A stretch of 63,690 nucleotides of DNA, filler included, from Octopus bimaculoides (GCF_001194135.2; 4 parts of 4 records of this genome joined end to end with filler, not necessarily neighbours in it), one strand, 5' to 3'. Shown: positions 12,894-26,740, counted from the first letter of the whole stretch. The notes: generated from the sequence alone by a model not told the origin. Numbers and translations: made by a program.

Positions 12894-13246
12894 GTGTCGA
12901 TAGCCAGCTAGAAAAGATGTTTCCCTGGGGCTATAACAACAGTAACATCGTCCTATACAGGACTGCCACGTTCTGTAGGAATTACTGTAGATCTCTCGCT
13001 CAGAGATTTAAAACAAGCTGTTTTTCTCTATACGAGATCAGCGACAGCGTGACGTTTAGAAAATATATAGTATTTGCAAGTGGAGAGAGCTTTCGTCACT
13101 AGCTTGTGGTTAACCTTCACTGAGGACGGATAACACCCAGAAACCTAGGTCTGTGAGTACCACATAAGGCTAGAGACGGGAGTGATGACCTCCCTTGCAA
13201 ATGCTATAAGGACACAGACTGCGTGTCGATAGCCAGCTGGAAAGAT
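12894..13246 (+). mobile_element. 329-bp retrozyme/Penelope pLTR-like unit with short terminal redundancy
   Basis: GTGTCGATAGCCAGCT(A/G)GAAA occurs at 12894 and again at 13223; contains a hammerhead motif; diverged homolog on the minus strand at 56170-56366. Confidence 0.7.
13090..13182 (+). ncRNA. Type I hammerhead ribozyme-like motif with long helix I
   Basis: CTGAGGA 13120-13126, GAAA 13140-13143, palindromic helix III ACCTAGGT, GTC cleavage triplet 13149-13151. Distal helix I: 13090-13110 (CTTTCGTCACTAGCTTGTGGT) pairs with 13159-13182 (ACCACATAAGGCTAGAGACGGGAG). Helix II is weak (GG/CC with a C.A closing mismatch). Confidence 0.7.
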
Positions 13247-13329
13247 AGAGATGAGAGAAGAAATGAAGTAACAATTAACAATTAGCAGTTGATCATTGGT
13301 ATTGAATGGTCATAGCTTAATTGTAGTTA

Positions 13330-13685
13330 AGATAAGCAAGTTTACCTCAAAAATAACAAACTGAAACAGCTGTAAATGTGACTGGAATCCCTTCATTCGT
13401 TTTTAGCTCTCGAAGTTGTTTCCTATTTACCGCAGCTTCGGTCATCGCTTCCTCATTAGACACTTTGTCTATGCTATCGTCAATATTCTCCTTAAGAACC
13501 ACATTTCCCAGCTCTCCATGCACCTTCTCATTTCTGATGTTATGCACCACGCCTCACTTCCATACATTAACACAGAGTAGACAGAGCAGTTAGATATACG
13601 GATCTCGGTCTTGAAGCTTAGAGTACGGCTTCTCAAGATGTTATCCAATTTTGAGAATACAGATTTTGTCAGCACCATTATAAAA
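13330..13685 (-). mobile_element. RTE-clade LINE fragment (C-terminal to RT)
   Basis: KSVFSKLDNILRSRTLSFKTEIRI...YSVLMYGSEAW...EMWFLRRIL and IDKVSNEE, typical of RTE ORF C-termini. Confidence 0.85.
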
Positions 13686-13689
13686 ATGC

Positions 13690-13765
<76 letters not shown>

Positions 13766-14252
13766 GGGAGGGGTGCGCGCATGTGTGCACGCCGACGCTT
13801 GGTCACACGCATATATGTTTGTACATATTTTCTGAATTTTTTTCTTCTGCTCCCTATTATGTCATCTTATATCACTGATCTAAATGCCTAATTAAGTATT
13901 TATGGAGCGCTCCATGCTACAATCTCCCTCATTACTTCGGACATATGTTTAAATCATATGCGTGTTTGTGTTTATATGTTTGTGCGTTTGTATGTGTATG
14001 TATTAATTCAGTGAAAATAAAATTTATATCCTGTTGCACGAGATAACGAGAAACCGAACTACTAAGAAGAGCGGCTGAAATTATTTTGGTTCAGTATCTA
14101 TGAATCACGGATCAGCTTAATTGAGGTCAACATGGAGCTAAACAAAAACGAAAACACTTTAAGTATTAAGTTTTCTTTGCTTGGCTTTTGGGCTGAAGTT
14201 TTCATGCAGAAATACATACTCATGCACATTTCCCATGTATTCATGAATATAC

Positions 14253-14326
<74 letters not shown>

Positions 14327-17300
14327 GTATGTGCGTGTGTGTGAGTGTGTGTATGTATGTATATATATAAATATACACACATACACCTATATATACATAC
14401 AACCATACACACGCACGCACACACACGCATACACACACACACACACACACACACATATTGAGAAAAAGTCGTCAGAATTTTGGAAAACTTTTTTATTTCT
14501 TCATTATAATTAGCATTTTCGTTCGTTTCTCGAACTTGCCAAATACAATTTTGTGAATGTACAAACAGCTTGTTCATTTATATAGAACAGATGGGTTTTT
14601 TTTTGGGGGGGGGGGATTTTGTTTAGAAGAGAACATTATTTTTGTGTTTTTGGGTGAGGTTCCATTTTATTTGACAAGTTCGTGAAACGAACGAAAGCGC
14701 TAATAATAATGAAGAAATACAACGTTTAGGAATAACAACAGTTTGCTGGCGTCGACGGTTGTAGATTTTTACTTATAAGCTGAGAAAATTCGTGTATAGT
14801 TCACGGCTAGCAACTAGAGTTGCTATGAATGCAATAAAAATCCAAATTGTGGGAGTGGAACTGGTAAACTCCAAGCTGCATATGTTTTCTACCTAGCAAA
14901 CCCTCTGAGTATACCTTAGTTATATGAAGGTTACATTGTCGTTCGAGAATCTAAAATTAGCTCATCGAAGATTTGTTTTGAAAAAAATTATATATTTAAG
15001 AAGCCCGTCATATATATGTATATATATGTGTGCGTATGTGTGTGTGTGTCTTTTTGCCTGTGTCTGTCTCCCACCACCGCTTGACAACCGGTGTTGGTGC
15101 GTTTATGTCACCCTATGTTAGCGATTCGATAAAAGAGGCCGATAGAATAAGTATCAGCTTTTATAACAAAATTCGTAATGGGGTCGATTCATTCGACTAA
15201 AACTTTCTTCAAGGCGGTGCTCCAGCATGGCAGCAGTCTAATGGCTGAAATAAATAAAAGAAGAAGATAAAAGATATATATATATATGCGTATGTATGTG
15301 TGTATGCGTGCGTGCGTGTATGAGTGCATGCATGTGTGTGTGCGTATACATACAGAGATGTCCTTATAATATCTAGATAAAAGGGTCGATTATCATTTCA
15401 ACGAGAATTCTTTATTTACGACGTAAATGAAAAAATGACGAAAGATTTGCGTCGTTGAGTGCAATGTTCTCCCTGATTTTTGTGTACGGAAGTTACGGAG
15501 AGAATTAGAATGTTTCTTATTCAGAGATAAAAACTGGCACGCATTAAATCTGTAATATTATTTGTCAATAGCAAAAATGTGTAAATCTTCAATGCGAACT
15601 TGCGTTTGCTCACACCAACCAAAATGGATTAATTTGTCAAATACTTTAAGTTACTGATTATTTCAACTGTGAAAAGGATTACGTGAATAACAAAGCATTA
15701 AAATCCTGTTAAAATCCTTGAAGAAAATTGTCATTAGCGGAGACATGGAATGAATTTTATAAACAACTGTATTATGTCACTATGTCAGATAGAAACTTTG
15801 TTTAAAAGCATTTACATCTGTGGATTAAATTGTAGGATTAAATCTAATCTTTTTCTATTAAAATTAGTTTCCTGTGTGTATGTGTATGTATATATATATA
15901 TGTGCGTGTGTGTTTGTGCATGTGTACGTGTGTGTGTGTGTGTACGTGTGTGTGTGTGTGTGTGTGCGTGTGTGTGTCACCTGTTGTAACGTCAATGCAC
16001 GGAACTTTACAGTAGTGCAGCAAGTTCCCTGAGTTGGGCACATTAAATAATTATGCTCTACATGCAACGAGTTTTCCCCTCATGTAGCTATAAAAAAGAG
16101 AGTCAACCTAATACACATATTATTTGGTTAGCTCGTTTGACCTTATTCAAGTTTCTTTTAGGCTTTCGTGTTCGTGAAATTTTAATCATTCAAATTACGT
16201 CGAAGTCAGTCATTTCTAAAGAGAGTAAAAGAGATAATGGCACAAATGCATTCCAAAAACGTATTAGCTAATCAAGATGCGTTACCATAATCATTTGCAT
16301 CTTTTTCTGTCTTGATTTATATATTTTGGTGATTTTGTGTCCGTATAATATTTGTTTAAACCTATTTTCACCAAAGAGAACGCTGACAATGAGGACAGAA
16401 AAACTGAAGTACAGCTGGGTCCAAGTGTCTCTGTTGTAAACCTGCTTCCCTCCATCGACTACTTTCCCTTTCTCTTTGTTATGAATAATTTCAAAAACAA
16501 AAGGACGAACGTAACATTTTCTCCACAAGAGCAGATGTTTAAATGTATCAAACGTCCACGGTGATATACGAGTATTAAAGTTAAGTTTTTAACTGTTTGT
16601 TTTAGTTGGCCCTTGTATCACTGCTTCGGTACAAGTGTACACAATTTTTTCCTACGTAAGAGCCTTTAGCATTCATTCATTCATTTGACTGACCTTCTTT
16701 GAAGGTAGCCGAACCATGGCAGGCTGGAGTAACATCTCAGGTGTAACAGTTGAAGGTTTAATCAAAAATTTCTTTATTCGTAAAATGATCTTCGGAACTT
16801 ATACACACGATGATTCGCAGTTTTTACTGGTAGAAGAATATCTACCATTTATATCATTTATCATTTATCATTATATCATTTTAATAAAGTTTCCAAGTTT
16901 CACATCCGTATAAAAGGGTAGTGAAGGGGCTGGGGGTTCAAGGGAAATGGAAAAACAGCAGCTTTCAGCAGGTGGTGCAACCTATATGGGCCCTTTCTGT
17001 TGACTTAACTTTCCGTCATAGGAAATATGTGATGTTGTGGTCACGTCTTCATGTTCTAATCTAGCATAGAACCTCCCGGATTGAAAACTACCCCATGAGG
17101 TCTTGTGACACAGAACGATCTTCGATGGGTTTTTTTAGTAATATTGGCGGGCAAAGTTAGTACTTGGTGGACTGACACTTTGTGATGAGGACCTAAACAG
17201 CTTGGGTATACGTGGTACAAACACTTTTAATCACGAGACCAAGACAAAAGAATCGAAGACTTAGCGCAACACACCTACGCAAAATGAAACGACTGGATCA

Positions 17301-19470
17301 AAATGACATGTGAACTGAACCACAGCGTCCACTGTAACTTTACTTCGAGATGTTTCTCCTACCAATAAAAGTGAAATATTATCTTGAAATTTGTAAATCG
17401 TTTAGCTTCATTTCATTTTCATATATGCCTTGAATAATATCTCATATTTCTGTTATAAAAGAAAACTGGATTTGTGGGCTTGTTTTACTTAGTAATCAAT
17501 AGCTGTTTCTGGATGAAAAATCTATGGCTGCTTCAACGTTTAAGTGTTTGACCGGTATCTTGTTGCTGGTGAAAGGCTTTTTCGTTTCTTTAGCACAACT
17601 TAATGGAAAACAGATGTTTTCTCAGATCGATATATATCCTGATAATTTGATTATTGAAAAAATATATTCGACGAGAAATTATATCTAGCAAGAATTATTC
17701 CTACGTAGCTACATATCTCTGTTTGGTTTTTCTTACGTTTGTACTTAACAAAAACCATACGGGGAAGAAAAAGTATTTTCTCGTTTGCCTTTCAAGTGAT
17801 TTTGATATATTAAACGAATCCAAAACGACCTTTAAAGGGCTCTAATCTTAATTTTCCTGGAAGGTATATACAATATCAGCGTTTTGTTAGTTCCTGGATA
17901 ACATTTCCAGTGAACTGATACATTTTTTTCTTTTAAACCAGAGTATATTTGATACAATATTACCCAAACTTGATCTCCAAAAATTTGAAATATTCCACCA
18001 GGTAAAACATCTCCATTTTCAATATTAATAATTAAATGGGTTCACTTTTTTATATGTTATCTCTTATCTTTTACTTGTTTCAATCATTAGACTGCGTCCA
18101 TGCTGGGACAATGCCTTGAAGAAGATTTTAGTCGAATAAAGTGACCCTAGTGCTTTTTCTAAGCCTGGTACTTATTCTATTGGACACTATTGCCGAACCA
18201 CTATGTTATGGGGACGTAAACAAATCAACACCGGTTGTCAAGCAGTGGTGATACACACACATACACACACAAAGAAGCAAATATACATGCATACATACTT
18301 AATTCAAAAAGTGACACAAGAAAGACAACAACGTGAGGACGTAGTACGTGCAAAGTATTAATAATAACTATATCCATGAGAATACATACATAAAACATAC
18401 AAATCTGCACATACATACATACATGCATACATACATACATACATACATACATACATACATACATACATACATACATACATACATACGTACGTACGTACGT
18501 AGGAAAATACCCTGTTGTTGATGTTGAAATTCCAATGAAGGGACCTTGGATCTAGGTTAGAAACCGCTTCTTTCTCTGTTGGCAAGAAATTTTGAAATAA
18601 ACTGAATAATGGCATACATACATACACACATACATAGAATTACGTAAAAAGTATGCGTATCTGTGGAGTACTCAGCCACTTGCACGTTAATTTCACGAGC
18701 AGGCTGTTTCGTTCATCAGATCAACTAGAACCCCCGTTGTAACCGACGATGTACTTAACGCGGGCTTCTTTCAGTTTCCGCGTACCAATCCACCCACAAG
18801 GCTTTAGTCGGCCCGAGGCTATAGTAGAAGACACTTACCCAAGGTGCCATGCTGTGGGACTGAACTCGTAACGATGAACTTGCGAAACAAACTTCTTATT
18901 TCATAGCCATGCCTTCTTGCATTATAAGAATTCTCTTGCTTATCAAACTTTGTGCGAACATAGAAAGATTTCATACATACGAGTATGCCAAGCCTATGCA
19001 ACATATAGAAAAAGTATTCTCACTAATTCAATACTAAACCTAGAAATAACTGCTGCAAAGTTGTCGCTAATGAGTAGTTCAATAAATTCTTTACCAATAA
19101 TGTTGTTACAGATCATATTTGTTATAAGGTGAAGGAATTGAAAGTTTAACAAATCACAAGATGCTAGATAATAATTAAATCATATATTTTTTATTGCAAT
19201 TAATGGACAGTAGTCGAGTTGGTTACATGCTACCAACGGTCCAATCAATGGTTCAATGTATTCTTATGGCGAGAGTAAAAAGAGAGTGTTGTGTAACAAC
19301 GGTGTAAAACAATTATCGCTAGGGACTTTGTTCGAGAAACAGTGATTTATTTCGTTTTCTTGCTGACTGTTGTTTATATCTTCTGCTGATATAGAAAGTC
19401 GAAAGACACACATATACAAACTACACACACACGTGTGTGTGTGTGCGTGTTCAAATATAAACATATATAC

Positions 19471-19502
<32 letters not shown>

Positions 19503-19504
<2 letters not shown>

Positions 19505-19732
19505 TTCTTTATTGCTCACAAGGGGCTAAACATAGAGGGGGCAAACAAAGACGGACAAACGGATTAAGTCGATTATATCGACCCCAGTGATTAACTGGTG
19601 CTTATTTAATCGACCCCAAAAGGATGAAAGGCAAAGTCGACCTCGGCGGAATTTGAACTCAGAGCATAAAAACTGACGAAATGCCGCTAAGCATTTCGCC
19701 CGGCGTGCTAATGTTTCTACCAGCTCACCGCC
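19503..19732 (-). mobile_element. SINE family B, AATAAAGAAAT tail variant
   Basis: Near-consensus copy with the same tail as 2940-3025. Confidence 0.9.
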
Positions 19733-19764
19733 TAACGCATATAGACAGACAACGAGACAAGCAA

Positions 19765-19806
<42 letters not shown>

Positions 19807-21567
19807 TGTTTTTACTCGTGATAAATAGATATGTGTATTTTTACTATTTGGATACTTACAGAGAACTCCATCCAGCAAAATCTATAGTAAAAAACACTTA
19901 CCCAAAATGCCACGACGCGGGTTCCAATCTGAGACTACGTAGTTGCGAAGCGGACATGCTAGCCAGACAACGATGTCTTCTCCTCCTATGACTAGACTTT
20001 AACAATCGGCTAATATTACAGCTGACAAAACATTTCGGACTGTTTTTAAAAAGTAATATTTCCAATTACTTAGCAACTGTTCTAATCAGCTTCAACAGAA
20101 ATATATTCAAATATTTATTTTCAGACAATGTTGCATTATTATATGAAGCGTTAAAAATGTCGACGGCATTTGAATTAAAAAATAGAACACTGAATTTTTT
20201 TTTACTACCGCACATCACTAAAGCTATGAATGATGTTAAATATATTGCTTATAATAAAAGAGTCAAGATGTAGAAAGAAAGTGTCCGGCAAATTGCCTCG
20301 AGGTAATTAACTACACTTCTTTATGCTTTGAGACGGATCGACTTGCACATTTATTCATCCTTGATCAATAGAATAGGCAACAATCGATAAAATAGGCACC
20401 ACTAGAGTATCCGACTTGATTCCTTCGTTTAAACACCCTGCCACATATATTTGTGCTGCTCAAAGACATTTTGCATTAATTAGCTTCCTTAGTAAGTTTA
20501 GAAAAGGCATACACGCCACAACATCCAATCATTCTTCTCTAAAATGCAGAAACCCGGCTGATAGGGAAAATAAACCAATATTCGACGTATTATATATTGA
20601 ATTTGGTTAAATGTCTTCAATTCAGATGCTTACACTTCATTTCAGTCGCTCTTCTAAAACTGGTACTGTGTTGGAGTCATTAGAAGACTTTGATGGAAGT
20701 AAAACGACAAATCAATAATGCTTTTGTAGACAATTTTAAGAGAATTAATTTAAGCTTCTTTTAAAACTTCTGACCATAGATTGCGTCATTATAACTTTGA
20801 TTTCATGTTAAGGATCGAGTCCAAAGGTGGAACTGAGACATGCTGGAGTCGCAGTGGTTTAAGATTAGAAATAATAACTGTACCACTGGCAATCAAATTG
20901 CCATTTTGACATATTGGGGCGGTATCTCTTGCTTTCAGAGTATTTGCACTAGGATCCCCATGGATTAGGTGTCCTTTGATTATATAATGTTGAGGAGGAT
21001 TGGGTGGCTTATATGCCTTTCTCGAGGATTATATTAATCTAAGTGAAATGAAATGGTTTCAACTGAGAATTAAAACTTTCTCACTGAATCTGCTGAACGG
21101 AATCTTCTTCTACATGGTAATAATAATCTCATTACTATAAGGTATTTTTCTAAGACAACGAGAGTATTGTCGATTTAATTATTATTATCATTTTGTTCTT
21201 GTTCTTGTTATTCATTGCACATTCGTTCAAACGTGCATGAAATTTACTCCATGATTTCTCGAGGATTTTAGCGGGAAACTGAATTAATTTTTATCTTGGA
21301 TTTCACACAGAAACATGGGTGGAATATCTTGGAATTACAGCTTATACAAGTTTTTTTTTAATGGTAGTTTATTATTATTATTATTGTTTCAGAAAGCATG
21401 GCTCAAATCTTTATTTTTGCTTTTGTTTCATAAATCCAGCTCAACAATGCCTTCTTGTCATTCCACTCCAAGAAGAGATTACACTCAAACAGAATAAAAT
21501 AGTCCCCTAACAGAAATAAACAATAAGGATAAAAAATTAACTTTAACGAATAAACAAATATATGATA

Positions 21568-21729
21568 GGCGCAGGAGTGGCTGTGTAGTAAGTAACTTGC
21601 TTACCAACCACAGGGTTCCGGGTTCAGTCCCACTACGTGGCACCTTGGGCAAGTATCTTCCACTATAGCCTCGGGCCGACCAAAGCCTTGTGAGTGGATT
21701 TGGTAGACGGAAACTGAAAGAAGCCTATC

Positions 21730-21797
<68 letters not shown>

Positions 21798-22020
21798 ATG
21801 TATGTGTGTGTGTGTATTTGTGTGTCTTTATTTGTCCCCCAATATCGCTTGACAATCGATGCTGGTGTGCTTACGTCCCCGTAACCTAGCGGTTCGGCCA
21901 AAGAGGCCGATAGAATAAGTACTGGGCTTACAAAGAATAAGTCCTGGGGTCGATTTGCTCGACTAAAGGTGGTGCCCCAGCATGGCCGCAGTCAAATGAC
22001 TGAAACAAGTAAAAGAGTAA
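21568..22020 (+). mobile_element. SINE family A, full-length (tRNA-like head, internal (TA)n/(TG)n, tail GAAACAAGTAAAAGAG)
   Basis: Head GGCGCAGGAGTGGCTGTGTAG with B-box-like GGTTCAGTCC; colinear with the copy at 39379. Partial copies at ~44-113(+), 6401-6564(-), 11743-11980(+), 14998-15272(+), 18058-18275(-), 18762-18912(-), 19850-19985(-), 29595-29790(-), 55490-55660(-), 61479-61605(+), 62987-63292(-). Confidence 0.9.
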
Positions 22021-23645
22021 AAAAGATATGTTGCAGGAAATGGAAAAATAAATAATGATAATTCATCAAATTGACTCAATTTATTAAACGTTTTGTTAAC
22101 ATCGATAACAACAGCAATATACAGAGCATGGTTGGGCAAGTGAAAGTGTGACGAACGCTAAACAAGACCCATCATTCTGAAGTGTAATATGAAACAAGAA
22201 AATTCTAAATATAAAACATTTGCTGAAAGGAATGGAGCACAACAACGTTTGATTTATAAGGCAGACGATAAGCTGACTGAATCGATTATACAGGCAGACG
22301 AAGGAGGGTAACGTACTTGTATCTTGCGAAGCCCACAGTCGCTTTCTTTGATCAGTTCAAGAACAAATGGAAGCAATACTTACTGACACGTTGTGTAGTA
22401 TCTCCTTCACTGAGAGGTAGGAACATCAAAGCTATGGACGAGGCGAAATTACAAGAATAAAATATACGAAACATATCTGCTCATAAATTAGTCCCACAAT
22501 ATTTGAGAAGGAGAAACACAAGGATCATCATCTGAAGCAACGGTAAGGACATTGTCCTCCTGACTCATAGTAACTTTCCTGGTAAAATAAGAGGAGGTGG
22601 TCAATGTCGAAGTAACTTACAGCGATATGTCGTCGGTCGGGACCACAACGGACATAAAAGTTCCAACAAAAGAGAGGTGTGTCCTTTACTGAGGGTGCTA
22701 AGAGGAGGCTTTAAGTTTGGGCATCAATTGCAGGAAGCCTAGATGCAATAAAGGTCATATAAGGGCTTTCAAGCAAGAAGACAAAAATAGTAGCAATAGC
22801 AGCGCTCACGGAACCTGAGGCGCCACCGATCGCAACTCTAGAGTTATCCTCAAGATATCCTTTCGTCATCATTACTGATCGCAAACCAAATGACTTAAGA
22901 ACTGTGTCCGTATCAGTGAGAGTGGAGGACGGTGTCTTACGCCAATGGATTGGTCAAATGTTTGCTGACTGTGACGGAAATGGCTAGAGTTAGAGTAGAT
23001 GAAATTACTCCGAGAATCCACCTGCAAAACGGAAACCGAAGTTTGTAGATGTCGTGTACTTTTGGTTATCAGCATGATTTTAAATCTGTGTAAATTCTTG
23101 GTTGGCTCAAGTCAGGATCTCTCCCGCATCTGGAGAATTATATTATTCATGTCGTCACATATTTCATGTAATACCTACACTTTTCATCTAATGCCTTTAT
23201 TATATTCTCCTCGTTATCCGATCTTGTGTAAATTCACATACTAATTTTATCCTGCCTCCATCTCGAGCCCTTATGACAAATAAATCATCGTCGTCATCAT
23301 CAACGATTTCGTTGTCAGCATCACCGCAGTCGTCACCGCAGTCGTCACCGCAGTCGTCACCGCCACTGTAACTGTCGTTTTCACCGTCGTCGTCGTTGAG
23401 GTCAACGTCTTTAGTATTATTCTCGGCGTTCGTCTATATTTGCCCGTGTGTTACGCTTGCGCCAAGGGAGGTAATAACACGAATGGAAAAATGGATAGCT
23501 ACGATAGAGAGGAAGTGAAGGGGAGAAAGTGGGACAAAGAGAAACGGAAATGAAATCAGTGAAGAAAATAGGAGAAAACATGAGAGAGAGAGAGAAAGGA
23601 GCGGAGAGAGAGAGAAAGAAAGGAGCGGAGTGAGAGAGAGAGAGG

Positions 23646-23709
<64 letters not shown>

Positions 23710-23977
23710 AAGAGGTGAGGAGAGCATCAATATTTTTCTGCATAGGTGTCTGCAAATCGCAGGCACAATCGAAATTTTTAACATAATAAAACAATGTTAC
23801 TAAAACTTATATCGATAGATAGCTAATTAAGGTGAAATAACATTAGTTAGCAAATAGCTGTGCATATTATATTTTTACCTTTTACATGTTTCAGACCAAA
23901 GATTGCAGTCATGCTGGGGCACCGCCATTACTCATTGTTTATGAATTTGTTTATCATCATCATCATCATCATCATCA

Positions 23978-24044
<67 letters not shown>

Positions 24045-24661
24045 GCATGTCGCACTGCATTTCATGCTGGTGGTGTAATACCGTTGTCAGTTGTCCACCA
24101 GCAGACACCTTCAATTTTCAAACACTTTTCTAAGTATTCTAGCGGTTGGAAGGAGTATTGTTCTCTGTAAGTGTCCAGTCCTGATGTTGTCCCTGATTTA
24201 AACAAAACAAAAAAAAATTAATGCTTAACCGCATTTCGTGCGTTTTTGTGTTTTGAGCTCAAAATCTACGGAGATTGACTTTGCCTTTCATCCTTTCGAG
24301 TTCGATGAAATATGTACGTTACGCACTGGTGTCGATGAGATCGACTGACCCACTTCCATAAAATTTCAGGCCTTGTGCCTACAGCAGAAAGACTTGTTGC
24401 TGTTGCTTTCTTTCGACTCACCTACTTTTGTTCGTTGGCATTGTCATAGTAAATTAAGAACGAATGAAGTTTGTGACTATGTTGAAAGAACTAATTATAT
24501 TATAATATATTCTCTTCTCGTGTAGTTTATCCTTCCCATTGCCAATCCGTCTTTGAATAACTAATACACAATAATGTATTTATGATTTCTAAAAGAAAAC
24601 CCATGTCTGTTTGTATTTTTCTTCTTCTAATAAGTATGAATGTTCTTTTCTTCTGTTTCAG

Positions 24662-25083
24662 TGGTGTCCTTGGTTGCCAGCGTTTTTACGTTGTCTCTCA
24701 TTGCTTTTGACCGATTCTATGGCATTGTGTTTGCTCTCAAAGCACACATGATGGAGAGAAAAGCGAAAGGCTCTCTGTTTTGCGTCTGGTCATGCGCAAT
24801 AGCAGTTGGATGTCCGATACTTATATCTCGAAACCTGCACGTGCGCGTGTGGTTAGATCACGTGGAGAGATGGTGTGACGATGGTTGGCCGATCCATAGC
24901 AATACTGCAGACCCCACTTCCCGTCGCATCTACTACACATTTGTTGCCATCGTTCTCTATGTCTTTCCGATGCTTGTGATGACCTTCACCTACACAATAA
25001 TTCTATGGAAGCTTAATTCAACTGCCATGCCAGGTGAAACTATTGAAAGAGAAGTAATCCTTCAAGCTAGGATGAAAAGGAAG
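24662..25083 (+). CDS. Internal exon of a rhodopsin-family (class A) GPCR, neuropeptide-receptor-like; TM3 through TM5 and ICL3
   Basis: Translation VSLVASVFTLSLIAFDRFYGIVF (TM3 with DRF motif), VWSCAIAVGCP (TM4 W..P), RWCDDGWP (ECL2 Cys), YYTFVAIVLYVFPMLVMTFTYTIILWKL (TM5 P..Y), ending ARMKRK. Acceptor TGTTCTTTTCTTCTGTTTCAG|TG at 24661/24662 (phase 1); donor AAG|GTACGT at 25083/25084 (phase 0). The ORF-track ATG at 24640 lies in the polypyrimidine tract. Ligand subfamily cannot be assigned. Confidence 0.93.
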
Positions 25084-26039
25084 GTACGTCTAACACTAAG
25101 TATTCGATTTCTGTATTTCAGTATTGTGAAAAGAATGTTATCTGAAGCTGTAATATGCGTAGTTATCTAGACATGATTTTTAGAATTATTTCAAATCTCA
25201 TAAGTTCAGTTCTGGAGGATACTTTACATATCTTCGATATGCGATGTAATTGATCTCACCTGAAGCACTACAAAAGAGATATCGCTTTTCTGAGAAGTTT
25301 ACGTTACATATAAGTTCTTTCATACAATTGGTGGATTTTATATATTTTGCGTGTTTCGTTTATATTCCCAAATATTTTAGATATGTCTTAATTCTTATTA
25401 CAGAAATCTTGCAACACTTTTAATAAACTTTATTGTAGTTACATCATTAAAATCAAGAGATTTGAAATATTATTCGGTTTCTTGTTTCTTTACCACAATT
25501 AAATAAAAGTGCCGGTTGGGCTGGCCGATGCTAGTTTTCAGTGTTTTAATTTGACATAACTCTTCTGTGGACCCCCTCCATAACAGGACGTCACTATTTC
25601 AAAACTTCTACTCACAGGAAAAATTTAAATGATTATCAAACAAACCGAAAATTAACAAAGCATTCGTTTATTATAACAGGCTGTTGCTAATCAACAGTGC
25701 CACTCCATTGTAGATCTGCTCGGAATCAAGAAAAGTAGCCCCTTTGGTATTGAGTACTGTTAAGAATATCTTACCTCTACTTACACGCGCGCACACACAC
25801 ACTAAAAACTGAATATATAGTATTATTCTGTCATTTACTGGGAATCCAGGTGTTTAAAAGGTAAGGTGGTGTTGTTGTTTATCCCCAGTTCTCATCCACC
25901 AAACGTCTGATCAAAGGTACATAAGGCCTTGACCATGCTTTCTTTTTCAGACATGGTGTATCTAGGACTACAGGGTCCAATCTGTCTGACCCTTTCCTTT
26001 TTGAGATGGTAGAGTGGGGTCGAGATTTTTTGGAAATGG

Positions 26040-26241
26040 TTTTTTAGCTTTGAGTAAAAGAAGATACAGGCGGATCAGTTCATTATGATTTTGTTCAACG
26101 TATTTCCCCTACAGATTCACACGCTTATTGCAGCGGTCCTTTAGTTTTTCTAAGCCCTGGGAAAGAAACCAGAAGGCTAGGCCTCCAACCACTCCTTTCG
26201 TGATACCAAAAAAGCTAGAAAACTTTCAGCACCCCCTCGTA
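26040..26241. mobile_element. Mariner-derived MITE, one terminus retained
   Basis: Ends GCTAGAAAACTTTCAGCACCCCCTCGTA (reverse complement TACGAGGGGGTGCTGAAAG, a mariner-type terminus) followed by TA; the other TIR is degraded. Confidence 0.55.
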
Positions 26242-26337
26242 TATTTCATGTACATAGAATACCCCCCCCCCACACACACACACGTTATTTACATTATTTA
26301 CATTTGACGGATATTTGTCCTCATCTTGTTTGTTGTT

Positions 26338-26383
26338 AACACAACGTTTCGGCTGATATACCATCCAGCCTTCATCAGGTGTC
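26338..26383 (-). ncRNA. Minimal type I hammerhead ribozyme-like motif (Penelope-type), best-preserved copy
   Basis: Minus strand reads GACAC-CUGAUGA-A-GGCUG(GAUGGUAUAU)CAGCC-GAAAC-GUU-GUGUU: helix I GACAC/GUGUU, intact core, 5-bp helix II, palindromic ACGU helix III (dimeric type). Activity untested. Confidence 0.7.
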
Positions 26384-26456
26384 TTGGGGAAATTTCGAAC
26401 CTGGGTTCTCTTTCCTAAGGTATTTTTCCATGTTATTATTCGATTCCAGGCAGTGA

Positions 26457-26556
<100 letters not shown>

Positions 26557-26575
26557 GATAATGATAATAATAATG

Positions 26576-26639
<64 letters not shown>

Positions 26640-26694
26640 CAACAGCATGGAAAAATACCTTAGGAATGAGAACCCAGGTTTGAAATTTCCCCAA

Positions 26695-26740
26695 GACACC
26701 TGATGAAGGCTGGAGGGTATATCAACTGAAACGTTGTGTT
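26695..26740 (+). ncRNA. Minimal type I hammerhead ribozyme-like motif, helix II partly mismatched
   Basis: GACAC-CTGATGA-AGGCTGGAGGGTATATCAACT-GAAAC-GTT-GTGTT; core intact, helix II has a C.A mismatch. Confidence 0.6.

Noticed and set aside
21568-21645. tRNA-like heads of SINE families as tRNA genes
   Set aside because: They have A/B boxes but no full cloverleaf and continue into SINE bodies; multi-copy and degraded
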